This document shows, one piece after another, positions 48,701 through 62,801 of a DNA stretch of 64,000 nt. Position 1 is the stretch's first letter. Every line of letters begins with the position of its first letter. The stretch is taken from positions 15,624,001 through 15,688,000 of the forward strand of contig JBHGNT010000010.1 in NCBI GenBank assembly GCA_043228905.1, read 5' to 3'. A program made the position numbers and the translations under genes. Below the pieces are notes generated by a model. That model worked only from the letters and a program-made list of their open reading frames with translations. It did not search any database and was not told where the DNA came from. Origin of the DNA: Azolla caroliniana. Lineage: Eukaryota; Plantae; Polypodiophyta.

Positions 48701-51700
48701 TGAATTATGACTATTTGTGGAAAATTGGCTGTCTCATCTAAGTGTGGCTGCTTGTGCGTTCCTTTTACAGCATTCAGAAATGAATGATGAGACTGTGCAG
48801 TTGAAGACTCTCCAAACTGTCCTGACGATTTTTCAATCTCAACTTCATCCGGGGGATGAGGTATTTATTAAAATCTGCTGAGTTTCAACCAGCATACTAT
48901 TTGATAGAAGAAAAAGATACACAAAATTTACTGAATTATGTGTTAATTTAGTTAATGACAATAGTAACTTTGTCTATTTGTCTTTCTCTTTATTCAAGGA
49001 CAACATGAGTATAGCGCTTGGAATTTGTTTTCGGTTATTGGAAAACAATAATCCTGATAGTGTGCACAGGTATGTGTGTAGTCATCCATATGGGCTGGTC
49101 AAATATAACAATTACTAATACTATATCACTAAAATGTGAGCATGATTAAATTCAAAAACTTTTGCTACATAGCACCGCAGCAGCAACCTTGCGGCAGGCT
49201 GTGGCCCTCATATTTGATAGGGTAATTGCAGCTGAAGGATTACCTGCTAGCTGTGTTGGATCAAATAGACGGACATCCCGATCAAATTCTGTCTCAGGGG
49301 ATGTTAGCCGGAGTATTATGTCTGCAAAGTATCTCATTGCTTTTCGTTTTATGGGCAATGTAGACTAGTCAAAGTATTTTGGATTACTTAAGAGATATCT
49401 CTCTTGCAATTGTAGATCAGTTGAGGTGGTGGTGGATACGGAAATTGAAGAGACAATTCTTGCAACGAAAGATAAAATGACACAGGCAGCTAGGCTTGGG
49501 CTTCGTTTGTTTGAAGATCTTACTGCCATTGCAAGTGGTGGGCCGGTCAGTAAGTTTGCTATCTTCAAACTACCAAATTCTTGAGCATGATGCAGAAACC
49601 TGTTGTTTGCCTTTTGCCAACATACAGGCAACATGGTTGCGAGTTACACCTCTTCAAAGAACTTTTGTTCTTGATATGCTGGAGTAAGCATAATTTTCTT
49701 TACCATATGAAGAAATTATTACCTTATTGATGATAAATTTTACCTGAGTGAGAATTAAATGATGGGACAACATCTTCTATTTTCAGGTACGTGCTTTCAA
49801 ATTATGCGCCTATCTTTCGGAAATTAGGTCCATATCAACAAGTAATGAACTCCTGTGCTTTTTTTTTCCCAGTTGTCAATCTGATTTTGAACTGCCATTA
49901 TATGATCTAATATGGGAATTTATGCTTCAAGGTACTTCGGCATCAAGTATGCTCACTATTAATGACATCACTTCGAACAACTGGTGAGGTATACCGTTTA
50001 ATATTTGCTTTAGATGTTTACAAGTTCTTTTTTCTGCATATTTTATGTTATGTTCCTACTTCATGTTATTTGTGCACATTGTGTAGATTGAAGGTGAGGC
50101 TGGGGAGCCTTCCTTTCGCCGATTGGTTCTTCGATGTGTTGCCAATGTTATCCGACTTTATTGTTCCCTACTTGTCACTGAATGCGAGGTGAGAGAAACC
50201 TTATCAATAAAACATTGAATTGCTATTAAAAGATGATTTTATATTTGAACACACATTTTTCAAGAGAAGGATTAGGAGGAAAGAGATGAGAAGAATCAAA
50301 TGCATGTTAGACATGTAGAGTGAGGTGAAAAATGAGTGCCTTTGCATGAAGAGGAACATTTCAAGGTTTCATGGGAGAAATGCAGAACTCTCTCCAAAAT
50401 GTTATACGATCGGCATAAAAAAGAGAAAATTGTGCCTACCTAAAGTCTTCGTAAAGGGGATTGATCAGCTCACAACCATGTGCAATTGGAATTCAGTGTT
50501 GCACTGTGCACAAAGATATACACTCAAAAAGGCAGTATGCAATCCAGGAGTTACAATGCTATTTGTATGTTATACAAAGATATACACTCAAAAAGTGCAT
50601 GAAACAATTTAGGAGCCCTTTCTGCATTTGTGGTTCTGGAGACATTTCATGCACTGGCATTTTTTAAAGTCTTTGGGTTTTGATGGCACAATGTATTTTA
50701 TTTGCAGATAATGCAACAAAGAAGTTATGCCATCTAAAGAAAGAGCAATGGAACCTCTAATAAAATAGGAATTTAGAGTCTATTCAAACAAAGTATAGTA
50801 CAAAATGGCCTATAAGACCAAACAAGAGATTACGTCTTAAGTGTTGTCTCGTCTTTGAGAACAACAAATCAAAATAGAATAAGTATTACTCAGTAAATAT
50901 AAAAGTAAATAAGATAAAAACAGACAAGGGAATCTGGTTTTTGGCACATGTGAGATTCTCAAGTTAGATGTATTGTAACCATAGATTGACCCATGCATGA
51001 TATTCGTGGTATTCTCCATCCGCAACATTCGTAATATTCGAGAATACAAAATGACAAGTATATTACAGAACCATTCGTTTATTTATTTATTATTTAAAAA
51101 AACAAATATTTTTACATCTATTATTAAAATATTATTAGTGTGAGGTCCCCTTTTTAATGACAGATAAAAATATCAAATTTTGTGGGAGAGTAAAATGTGG
51201 GGAATTAATGAACCTTTTATTTATTTATTAAAAATAAAACAAATACTTTTAAGTTTTACATCCATTATAAAAATATTATTATTCTAAGTCTACTTTTTAA
51301 TGTGAAGTAAAATATCCCCTTTTTATTGTCAAAGTCGTCTTTGTTATATGATATATGATATAATCATATATCTAGGAAACTAAAAGTAGGGACTTTATGA
51401 ACTCTTTTTTTTTTTTAACGAATATTTTATCATGCATTCGTATGCGTATTCGTATGCATTCGTTTGGTAACCTCCACGAATGTGAATATGTCCATCTATG
51501 ATTGTAACTTTTGTCTTCGAAAGATCTCTAGCATAGGTTGATCTAGAATGGAGAGGTCTCCGAAGTGAGGGAAGCACCTGCGATGGCGGGAGATAATGGC
51601 CTTTATCTATCAATGACAAGGGTGCTGAGGTCGTGGTCCATGGGGCTGTGGCTTACGTGCATGACAAATTGCTATTGCCCGATCAATTATAACCCCTTTG

Positions 51701-54700
51701 TTATGTCTTGGTTGAGAGTCTGTTTGTGTATCCCTTGATTGACTTGTAGCATTAGTAGGAGTGATGGGGCTAAGGAAAGTTGTGATTGTTCTTTGTGGAT
51801 GAGCTTGTGGGGCTGTATTATTGTCCTTCAACAACTTTTCCCTATGTCTCTTGAGTTCTAGCAAGAAAAGTCCTAGGCATTGTTGGTCCTCATATTCCAT
51901 TACCTTGCGTAGTAGGCCAAAGCCTTGTTTAAAGAGGCAATGGTATCTTCCTTTGATTTCATAAAACACACTACAATGGCAAACATAGTGTTCTTTGGAT
52001 TCCACTCCTTGATGACACAGTTGGCAAATTCTTTCTTCTAGAGGTATTCGTGTATATTTGCCTACATCAATCTGTAACTGATGTGATGAAGTTCGCAGCT
52101 GCCCTATCACATTGTGCAGCGTATAGGATAGATGTATGCCCATATAAGGTGGCCTGATGATGAATCCATCCTTTGATGTGTGTCTTATAGCTGGCCATAG
52201 CTGGCCATCTTCGTACCAAGTGAAATTTTGGGGCTGAGCTATGTTATATTGTTTTCCATGTTAATAATATTAGTCCGGATCACTCTATTCTTTTCCACTT
52301 TGGTCATATTTAGATGTGGAGAGTCTATGCTATATTGGAATGGGGGTAGTGCATTTATACTCATGCCATGTGACTCAAACCATTGCTGCATTTCAGCATA
52401 CCAACAATGAATGTCTCCATTTTCAGCCAGTTGTCTTGATGACATAAGTGCCAAACTTGGGTTGGGTACCTTCATTTCGGGAGCTCCCAAAGACGTTGGA
52501 TAAATGTCATTGATTGGAACAATGCCTCAGTGATTATAGGTGCTGCTCCCATCGGTTATTATCTCATGGGGCACCGATGCTTAGCTCCTTATCATGCGGG
52601 CAATATGCGGGCAATCATTGATTCTAGTGGTCTCTCTAAATCTTTCCAATGATTCGCCTTGTTAAGGCTCGGTCCCCATGTTTCTACTCCATAGGGAAGA
52701 GTTGGTGTGACAAGTGTATCAAATAACCACAGCTTAGTTTGTGGCTCTTGGAACTGCAAATGTGCACATTGTCTCTCGAGAGCACCAAGGGCTGCATATC
52801 CACGAGAAAGTCGGGCACAAGCAGACTCCCGTACGGAGAACCTAGGCCTTGTAAATGTTACTCCTAGGTATGTATAGGAGCGTATGTATTCCACCTTTTC
52901 TTCACCCAAGAAGAATTCTGGTTCTGATCTACCCATGCTTGAGTGGTGTTGAACACCATCACTTTAGTTTTATCCATGTTTATTGACATACCTTTGTCAG
53001 TACAAAATAGTTTTAAGGCATTGAGATGTCTTTGTAGTCCCTTTGGAGAGTCAGAAATCAGCACAATATCATCAGCATATAGTAATATTTGTATAGCTAT
53101 ACCCGAACCCCCGAATCTCTCTATGTAATGTGATACCTCATCTATATAGAGACTGAAGAGAGTGGGTGATAGTGGGCCACCTTGCTTCTTTTAAGACTGA
53201 AGAGAGTGGGTGACCGAAAAGAAGAAAAGAAAAACAAGAAAAAAAAAGAAAAAGAAAAAGAAAAAGAAAGAAAGATATATTAACTTCTTTTAAGACGCCA
53301 AAATGGCCCATAAGACCATGCAAGTTATTACATCATAAAATGTTCTCTCGTCATTGTCATCTATACATGTAAGATTCTCAAATAAGATATATTGTAATTT
53401 TTCTTTGAAGGATATCTAGCATAGGTTGATTCAGAATGGAGAGGTGTCCGAAGCAAGGGAAGCACCTGCGTTGGCAAGAGATAATGGCCTTTATCTGTCA
53501 ATGACAAGGATGGTGAGATTGTAGTACATGAGGCTAGGGCCTAAGTGCACGACAAATTGCTATCGCCCATTCTATTGTAACCCCTTTGTAATGTCCTAGT
53601 TGGGAGCCCATCTATGTAGCCCTTGATTGACGTGTACCATGATTAGGAGTCGTAGGGCGAAAGAAAGCTGTGATTGTTCTTTGTTGGTGAGCTTGTGTGG
53701 CTGTCTTGTCTTTCAGCAACTTCTCCTTGTGTCTCTTGAGTTGTAGCAAGAAACAACTGAAGCACTGTTGGTCCTCGCATTCTATTAGCTTATGTATTGT
53801 GTTGAAGCCTTGCTTAAAGAGGCAATGGTATCTCCCTCTTATTTCATAAAAAAACAACACGATGTCAAACATAGTGTTCTTCAGATTCCACTCCTTGATG
53901 ACAGAATTGGCAAATTCTTTCTTCTAGAGGTATTCGCACATATTTGACTATCTCAATTTCTGACTGATTGAAGAAGTTTGCAACTGCCCTATCACACTAT
54001 GCAACACACATGATAGATGTATATCCATATAAGATGGTGTGATGATGAATCCATATCCGATGTCTAGTGGAGACTGATTCCCAAAATGGCCTGAGTCAGA
54101 TCATAATTATTAAAGTTGCTCTTAGTTTCAATACGAAACAAAGTGAGGATTGGATACCCCCCTATTTTTGAGCACAAATTCTAGGAATAGTAACTTGAAG
54201 ATGCAAGATGTGGCGTGTTACAAGACAATACACTCTTTGGGAGCCACACAATAGTGTGTTATAACCTTGGCTTCATGCATCTCAGTGTACCATTATGAAG
54301 TGACATGTAGTCCACTTCAGTATCCTTGGGGTTTTGACACAATTTGGTGCATTGGTTTTTGTCCTGATGCAGTTTTGCAAACTCCTTGAAGGTGTTTCTC
54401 ACGGTTACTAACTACATTTTCTTACTCTGTGACCAGGCTCTTTATAATTTGTTTTTTTACAACCTTTGCAGCCTCTAGTCTGCAAGATTTTGTGCTACCT
54501 TCACATTGGACAGCTCGAAGATTCTGATGGACTTTATGCACATTAATTTAAGCCATGTTTTTGAGCAAAAGAAAATGTAGAAATACATGTTTGGTGTGCT
54601 TACTTTTGTATGTTGAGTAATATACCCTGCCTGACATTTTAGGTGTTGAAGTCTTAAATCATTATTTGTGCGGTTCTTAAAAGATAGTCTCCTTGGGGTG

Positions 54701-57700
54701 AAATTTCAGTAATGAAACTCGACCTGTAATGGAAGAATGAACAACGACTTGCAAGTTGCATATGTCATTGTAGGATACTATAATTTTATCTGTCACTATA
54801 CAGTGAAAGTCATTCTTCCCTTATGCTTAAATTTATATTTTTGTTGACTCAGGTGTTCTTGAATATGCTCCAGAAGTGCATAAATCTGGAGCTACCTCTA
54901 TGGCATCGTATCATGGTTCTTGAAGTATTGCGGGTTTGTATTGGATATATATTTAAGAACTTGATTTATGGTTCTGAAATGAAAAATAATAGTTTTTTCA
55001 CTGGACAATGATCCAACTTCATTTATGCTTCTGGAATGAAATATCTTTGTTTTTCAATAGACAATGAAAACCAAGTGATGATTGCAGGGGTTTTGTGTTG
55101 AAGCCAGGATATTACGTTTATTGTTCCAAACATTTGATATGTAAGGTCCCGACCTCTGAACTGTTTGTAAATTCTCTATTGCTTCTTTGTACAAACATGT
55201 CTTCAAGGATCTAATGGCAATATGATATTCTAAGTTGTGTCTTAGGCGTCCTGAAAATACTAAAGTGGTGGCTGGGATGGTGAGAATATTGTCCAATGTT
55301 GTGACGAATCTCCAGGTACTTCTGCTGTCTTCATTGTGTGAAGTATGGATGTCTCAAAATAAAGGACATGAGCTAGTTTTGATGTTTATATATTGGCCTG
55401 CAAACTAGATTGTAGCTTTTAGATCGAGCTAAATTTGAAATTTGACCTGACTGATACAGATATACTCTTGCACATTTAACACATTTATGACTGAAGATAT
55501 ATTTTAACCTTCTGTATATGCAAGTCATGTCGTTTTTTTTTTCAATTCAAAGTAGAGTGAAAATTGATTTTGCTTTCACTTGAAGTTGGATGTTTGAAGG
55601 CAATTATGAATGTGACGATATGTAATGTATGTTGTATTCATTCCATTCTGTTAGTATTAACAGGTTCCAGATACGAGTGAGGAAAGTCTAGTTGCAGTAG
55701 CAGGAATGTTCAACAGTAAAGCCAAAGGTGATTTGTCTCCTTATTGATGATTTTTACCAATCATATGGCTCATGAATGTGGTGGCCAGATGTGCACACTT
55801 CTAGAAAGTGTGTTTGGTTTCCTGAGGTTTTTCTAAAGGTTATTTGTATTGCAGGTGTTGAATGGAGTATGGATTATGATGCAAGCGGGGTTGCAGTTAT
55901 AGTTGCAAGTGAAGCACATGCCATCACTTTGGCAGTAGAAGGTCTTCTAGGAGTGGTTTTCACTGTGGCTACTTTGACAGATGAAGCAATAGATGCAGGG
56001 GAGGTAAAACCAATACTTACACGACAAAATTTTGATACTCAATATCTCTAAAAAGGAACTGATTATCTGGTTTTTTTTGTTTCGGTTTATAGCTTGTTTC
56101 GCCACGATGTGAAACTGTGCAATCAAATGTTCTTGTTAAAGGTGGTGATTTGGCATCGTTATGTATCTCAATGGTGAATTCTGTGTGGAAAATACTGCTG
56201 GATGCCCTTTCTTTGATCCTCTCTAGGTAATATTGGTTTTCTGTTCTTAGCGTGTTTCTTTAAAGCACTTTGTATACCCTGTTTGATATCATGAGAGTTG
56301 GTATCACAGGTGTCAGGGTGAAGCTATAGTGTTAGAAATCTTGAAAGGATATCAAGCTTTTACCCAGGTGCGTGATTTCTATTACACTTTGTTTACGAAC
56401 AGCTCTATAAGATATACAAACTGCTGTAGGCTCTGGCTGCCAATATGGTTCACCTTTCCATAATTCTTTACTTATCACACATTTAATTCTGAACTATTCC
56501 ATCAATGGATTTCAAAGGCCAGGAAGAAGCAATGCTATACTTTTCTGTATATCGTGCTCTTTGTTGTGGACATGACCCTGATCAAGGGAATAAAATGTTT
56601 GTTTGTCTGAAACATCCTATGCATCTGAGTTCAAGTTCATTATCAAGACATCTCTAGTTATTCATTGAATTCTTTTCTGAAGGGTCTGTGCTGGGTTTTG
56701 TAATTTAACTGAAATCATATCTATATTTGTTTTCAGGCTTGTGGTGTTCTTCGTGCTGTGGAACCTTTGAATGCTTTTTTGGCATCACTTTGCAAATTTG
56801 CACTTGTGTCCCAAAGCGAATTTGAAAGAATCAGGTTGTGTATTAAATTCCTGGTTTTTGATAAAAAATGGACAATATGGAGTTTTAGCTAATATTCTTT
56901 ACTCATTCGCAAACAGTGTTGGAGGAATGCTGTCTCCCACTGGAAAGCGGAATGATAATATTAATGATGCAAGGGATGTTGTTTTGACACCTAAAAATGT
57001 TCAGGTTTGTATCTGGGATATATTAACGATTATTCATCCAGATTTATACTTAAAAGCTATTAAGCAGTGTATTAATATAGCCTTCATAATGAGGTAAAAC
57101 ACTTATATGTTTGACCTTTTTGGGCAATTTTCAGTATCTTGAGAATTGTGTCATGAGATAATTGTTGCTGTAGGCCTTGAGGACGATATTTAACATTGCT
57201 CACAGGCTTGATAGTGTTTTAGGGTCATCTTGGACGTTGGTGAGTTTCAATTGTTCTGATGAATGCTTCATGATGCTTACAAAGTATTCTGGGAGAGGTT
57301 TGAAATTTGAGTACTTAATGGTTGGGCAGGTGTTGGAAACATTGGCTCTGTTGGATCGGGTGATTCATTCGCCACATGCGACAACTCAGGTATACTTTTG
57401 TCTCTTGTTTTGAAAAAGTTTATCTCATAATATTATATAATGGTGTGGCCATCTCATGCCCCAAACAATGACCAAAGAGCAGAAGGGAAAACAGTCTATG
57501 CTAGGAAACTAGTAGTTCCACACTGAGAATGGGGTGGGATGCATGGATCAGGCGAAGAGATCATTCTCTATAGAAAGAAAGAAAGAAATATTAACGGCTT
57601 TTAAGAGGCCAAAATGGCATATAAGATCAAATAAGAGATTCCATCTTAAGTGTTGTCTCGTCTTTGAGAACAAATCAAAATAAAATAAATATTACACATT

Positions 57701-60700
57701 AAATATAACAGTAAATAAGATGAAAAGAAAAGAAACGAGGGAATCTGGTTTTTGGCACATGTGAGATTCTCAAGTTAGGTATATTGTAGCTTTTGTCTTC
57801 GAAAGATCTCTAGCATAGGTTGATCCAGAACGGAAATGTCTCCGAAGCGAGGAAGCATCTACGATGGCCAAAGATAATGGCTTTTATCTGTCGATGACAA
57901 GGGTGTCGAGGTCATGGTCCATGGGGCTGGGGCCTACGTGCACAGCAAATTGCTATTGCCCGATCAATTTTAACCCCTTTGTTATGTCCTGGTCTGGAGC
58001 CCATTTGTGTATCCTGTGATAGACTTGTAGCATTAGTAGGAGCGATGGGGCTAAAGAAAGTTGTGATTGTTCTTTGTGGATGAGTTTGTGTGGCTGTATT
58101 GTTCAACAACTTTTCCCGATGTCTCTTGAGCTCAAGCAAGAAAAGTCCTAGGCATCTTTGGTCCTCGTATTCAATTACCTTGCGTAGTGGGCCAAATCCT
58201 TGTTTAGAGAGGAGCTTATATACATGATCTAAATGGTTGGCAGGAATGAGAAGGCACAGTAGTAGGATACTATAAACCTTCAAGTACCTTCTTTGAATTA
58301 AGAGCATGACCTATCTAATACAAAGCTTGTATGGAATTCCCATGACCATCTACTATCATTAAGAGCATATGGACTGGTCAATTATAACTGTGTAGGTCAA
58401 TGGGCATAGTCAGAATGCACATGCTTACCACTTAGGAGGGGAGCTTGTACAGTAGATTAAGCTCTCAGTCTTCCTTTACTTAAATCTGTCTTTCAGGAAT
58501 TCTTTGTCTCTACCAACCCATCAGAGTTGTTACTGATCATGCATCCATTATATAATCGTGTGCCACTATCAATGCCTAACCATTAGATGGGATGTAAGGT
58601 AATGGAATGGGAAGACCACCAATGTTTGAGATTCCAGAGGCACAGAGAGATGTTGTTGAAGACAATACCACCATTTTGGCCTCTTAAAAGGAGGGTTTAT
58701 GTATTGGTAGATTGTAATAATCTCCCATGAATGTTAAAAAGATCTAGTTGGCCTCTGTAGTTTCTTGGGTTTATAATTTAAATGCCACTTGCATATGATG
58801 AATAACTGGTGTTGTGATTCATGTGATTTTTAACCATCTTTTTGACTCATGGTAAAGAAACTAATGTATGAGGCCCAACATGGACTTATCATGGTATTAT
58901 GTGGAGACAAACTTGGTAGCATTTCATAATGTTCATGTGGTTGTTTATGTGAGGTTAATTTGTAAATATTTCTGTTTTGAGTTTTGATGTTCTAGATCTG
59001 GAAATTTTGGTCTGTATAAGATAATTCTGTCACATTCAACAGGAAGTGTCAGCTGTAGTCCCTCGCTTCTCTCGAGATTTAAGCTCTCAATCCAGTGATT
59101 TCAACATTCTTTCCACTCTTGATTCTCAGGTGATATATATGGAAACTGAATATGGTTACATTTTCGCTAGATAGTTTCCTTTGTTTATTATATTTCTGCT
59201 CTCTAATATCATTTTCCATTTTTCTGCTGTTAATAGCTTTTTGAGAGTACTGCTTACATGAGTACATCAGCAGTATGTTCACTATTGACTGCTTTAAGGC
59301 AAGTTTCAAATGAGTCATTATCGGGTGTCACAAGTGGTCTTGGTCAGGCAGTTTCAGGAAATATGCCAAATGTAACCACCTCAGTGAGTGTGCCACTATC
59401 AATGCCAAAGGTTTTTGCTGTTGAAAGGATGGTTGCTACTCTGGTCAACAACTTGCATAGTAAGTATCTACCTTGAAGGTCTTGACATCCAGATGCAAGT
59501 AAATTAAAGGAATGTAAGGAATTGTATCTATCAACTTCTTCAACCGCTTTACTAATCTCTCAAGCATACACCACACAATACACGCCAATAGAGACATCAT
59601 GGTTGATGAGAGTATACCCTCCACAACGCAACTTCTTTGATAGCCTGCATGCATCTTTGCTGAGCTGTTATTGTGATGAAGACATCAATTGAACGCGAAA
59701 TAGGAAGACTAGCACATACCTGTTGCTCTCTCTTTTCGTAGTTTATAGTTCATGCTGACATCTCTTTTATGCTAGCTCCTGTGTACCTCCCAAGCAAAGA
59801 GGATGTGATTGTCATTCAGAGCCAGAGTCTGTCAAGGACTAGATATCTGCTGCAAATTTTACTATGAGTTTCGAGGGCATTTCCACTGACTTTTTAACTA
59901 GGTTTGGAGCCATTCTCCTGGGTCATGGAGTTGTGTGATCAGATTTGTTTGGTGCTATTTTTAACAGATCCGTAGATTTAAAGTCACTCACGAGGAATTG
60001 ACAGCTACCAGGGCTGTACAAAGGCAGATGCCATATCTCTTTGGAAGGTGTTGCCAAAACCTCCCAGCAAGCATAACCAGCACCTCATTGAGGGATATTT
60101 CTTGACTGAACAACTTATTTGGCCCAGATGTCAACTGCATCGGAGGATACTTAGTATCATTGTCCAAAATTGAGCTGGATCCCCTAGGTGGTTCACTGTT
60201 GATGTGTCCCAGAGTATGGAGGTTATTGATGTCATATGACATCCTTATGTGAGAGCATTCATGTTCTTCTACTCATGTTTCTACATCTGCCAATGTGTCC
60301 CAGAGTATGGAGGTTATTGATGTCATATGACATCCTTATGCGAGAGCATTCATGTTCTTCTACTCATGTTTCTACATCTGCCAATCCTCAACATCCCATC
60401 CTACCATGCTATTAGAAACAGGTGCTTGGCCCATAGAGGTACCAGCCATGCAAAGAGTGTACAAATATATCACGGAAGTCAAGAATATACCTGATCATAG
60501 ACTGCCCAACAAGCTCTGAGCATAGGATGCAAGATACAAAAAACTTGTAAGAGCAAAATCCTCTCATTTGGCCGGGTGTTTGATATTATGAAAGGGTTTA
60601 AGAGATGGGGAGTAAAAGATCTACTGGAGCTCTTAGGGGATGCTATGAAGTATGTGATCATTGAGGATAAAGTGGCAAGATGCCAAAGTGTCAAAATTGT

Positions 60701-62801
60701 GATATTACATTTCAAATATTAACCCCCAATGTTTGGCTCCAATACAAAGAAAAAATGCTAGAACGTATCGAATCACATCTCATTACCCCATGAGCGTTGA
60801 TTATTGGGGAGCTTTATCACGTCTTCAAACTCTCACACACAAGGTAGGTATTGAGATAACATCATGAGACCTAAATATGAAGACATCCAAGAAGGGTGAG
60901 CACATATGTGCCTGCAGTATTTCACATTGAGAGTTTTTATTATAGAGTAGTAACCCCCCCCCCCCTCCTCTTAGGAAGGAATCACATACAAGATGATGTT
61001 TTGATTTGGTTCCATAAGTCAAAATTGGCCTCATCAGGAACGATAAAATACCTATTCTATTTTGCTTCTTTCCTACGTTGATCTTTCACATCACTTTCAC
61101 CCAATGTCCCTATATCATTGTACATTGATTACAACCTAGTTACATGGGCAAAATGCCTATAAGATTCACTTGAATGTAAGTTTTGATCTTATAGTAGCTT
61201 TGGCTCTTTCAAGACATTCATATACCATTTCATTTCAATTCTTATAGAATGTCTAGTCTATTTACCAGACATTCTATAAGATTCACTTGAATGTAACTTT
61301 TAATCTTATAGGTCAATGTGGCTCTTTGAAGTCATTCATATAACATTTCATTTATTCTTTGACTGTTTACCACACTTTGCCATGAGATGCATTCCCAGTT
61401 GCAGAGTGGAATAGGTTTAGACATTTTGAAAGAACTTGCTTAGAGGAACTCATTTGTTTGCGGTGTTTACTCATCTTCCTTCATTCTCATTCCCTATTGC
61501 TCACCACGAAAATATTTGAAACGCATGAGATGAGGCTTTTTCAGATGGTTACTGGATCTCTTGAGCTGGTAAGAGTTAGTAAGTACTTTGTAATTTTCTA
61601 CAGAGTAAAATGTGTAATTTCTAAACTATAAGTGACACTATCGATCAACATTTAGATAGAATAGGTATTCTTAGGTTAGATTTTAGAGTACTGCTTATGT
61701 GATTTATTGTATCAGCATGGCGTTGTACAAAATAATTTGTATAGACAGTCTCCCTATGGTTGAACAATCAGCATCGTTGTTTCTGACTGACCCTATGCTC
61801 ACTGTGTTACTGGGATATCTTTTCGACCTCTATTGAATCTATGATTGAAACCCGGAGGTTATTGATTAGTTGTTTGGTTTGTTCCTTTTCTGACATTGGA
61901 GGAATTTATTTTATGCTGGCAGGAGCTGAGTTGATTTGGGATCAAATTATTGCTCATTTTCTGGAGGTAAACCTGTTCAATATGTTGTATTCTTTGCGTA
62001 GGTTATTCCTGAAAGTTTCGTTGAACTGAATAATGTTCTCAGCTAGCAGAGCATGAAAGCTCCCAAGTTCGTAGTATTGCACTTGATGCTCTTGATCGAT
62101 CTATTTGTGCTGTACTTGAATGTGAACGCATCAGAAGTGACATTAATTCTAATAGAGAATCTTCTGATGCTTCTTGTCAACCAATTGATCTCTCTGACAT
62201 CTCTCCTGAAGTCAAAAAGCAAACAGAAGCCAGCACAGATGGGAAATTCAAGTTGGATATTTTTGAATGTAAAGTTGTTTTACCATTAAGAACACTCTAC
62301 AATTTTGGTCAAACAATAGAGATCCGTTCTGGTGCTTTAAAGATTCTGCTGCATGTTCTTGAGGTGTGTGGTATATCTGTTGATTATGTGCTTGTTTTGT
62401 GTATGCTTTTATCATGCAATGAAAATCTCAGTTCGTATTGTGAAATTCAGAGGCATAGTGAAAAGTTACACCATAGCTGGACAGACACACTGGAACTTTT
62501 AAGGTGAATCACTATTGTAATTTTGTCGGTAAATTTTTTTCTTTGGATATATTGATGATTTTTGAGCAGGAAGGTTTTCAAGCGTTACTGATTCTTTATT
62601 TATTGGGCAGATCTGTTGCAAATACCTCTGAGAAGGATTTAGTTCCTTTAGCTTTTCAGGTATATTATTTAACTTTTGATCACCTATTTAGTTTTACTTT
62701 TTGCAGACATTGGGATTAACGGGGTGTTTCTTATTCTGTTAGAGCATTTGTTTCATCATGAATGACGGACTTATGTCAGTACCTGCATATGCTATTGACA
62801 T
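45747..62801 (+). CDS. MON2: MON2 (Sec7/ARF-GEF-like endosome-Golgi trafficking protein), multi-exon, 3' end beyond the window
   Basis: Exon 45747-45851 [35 protein letters not shown]; 46901-47086 LRSIPD...LACLQK; 48771-48860 VQLKTLQ; from 49173 [17 protein letters not shown]; later exons [61 protein letters not shown]; GT-AG junctions. Confidence 0.93.
47332..47470 (+). pseudogene. Decayed duplicate of MON2 exon 2 inside intron 2
   Basis: AGTGATGACATTGTGCGAATATTTATCA...GAATGTGAAGCTT...TTTACCTGAAATTCTT...AAGGAGG parallels 46937-47087 with indels. Confidence 0.8.
50800..53200 (-). mobile_element. 5'-truncated RTE/RTEX-like LINE in a MON2 intron
   Basis: [17 protein letters not shown]...LLYADDIVL...INMDKTKVM; YTYLG; C-terminal [20 protein letters not shown]; 3' UTR shared with the other copies. 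Ends approximate. Confidence 0.85.
50980..51500. mobile_element. hAT-type MITE (521 bp) nested in the LINE 3' UTR
   Basis: TIR CATAGATTGAC / GTCCATCTATG; perfect 8-bp TSD ATTGTAAC; absent from the paralogous LINE copy at ~57780. Confidence 0.88.
53215..54070 (-). mobile_element. Second truncated copy of the same LINE family
   Basis: Homologous to ~51520-52180; 3' tail reads as (CTTT)n on the minus strand at ~53215-53275. Confidence 0.8.
57570..58207 (-). mobile_element. Third truncated copy of the same LINE family
   Basis: [34 protein letters not shown]; same 3' UTR; (CTTT)n tail at ~57572-57587. Confidence 0.85.
60202..60383. repeat. 91-bp tandem duplication in a MON2 intron
   Basis: 60202-60292 and 60293-60383 differ by one substitution. 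Confidence 0.9.
60400..61000 (+). mobile_element. Decayed LINE ORF2 C-terminal fragment (different family, sense orientation)
   Basis: [12 protein letters not shown]...HRLP and later HKVGIE...ERxCA.C...EE remnants with frameshifts. Confidence 0.45.
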
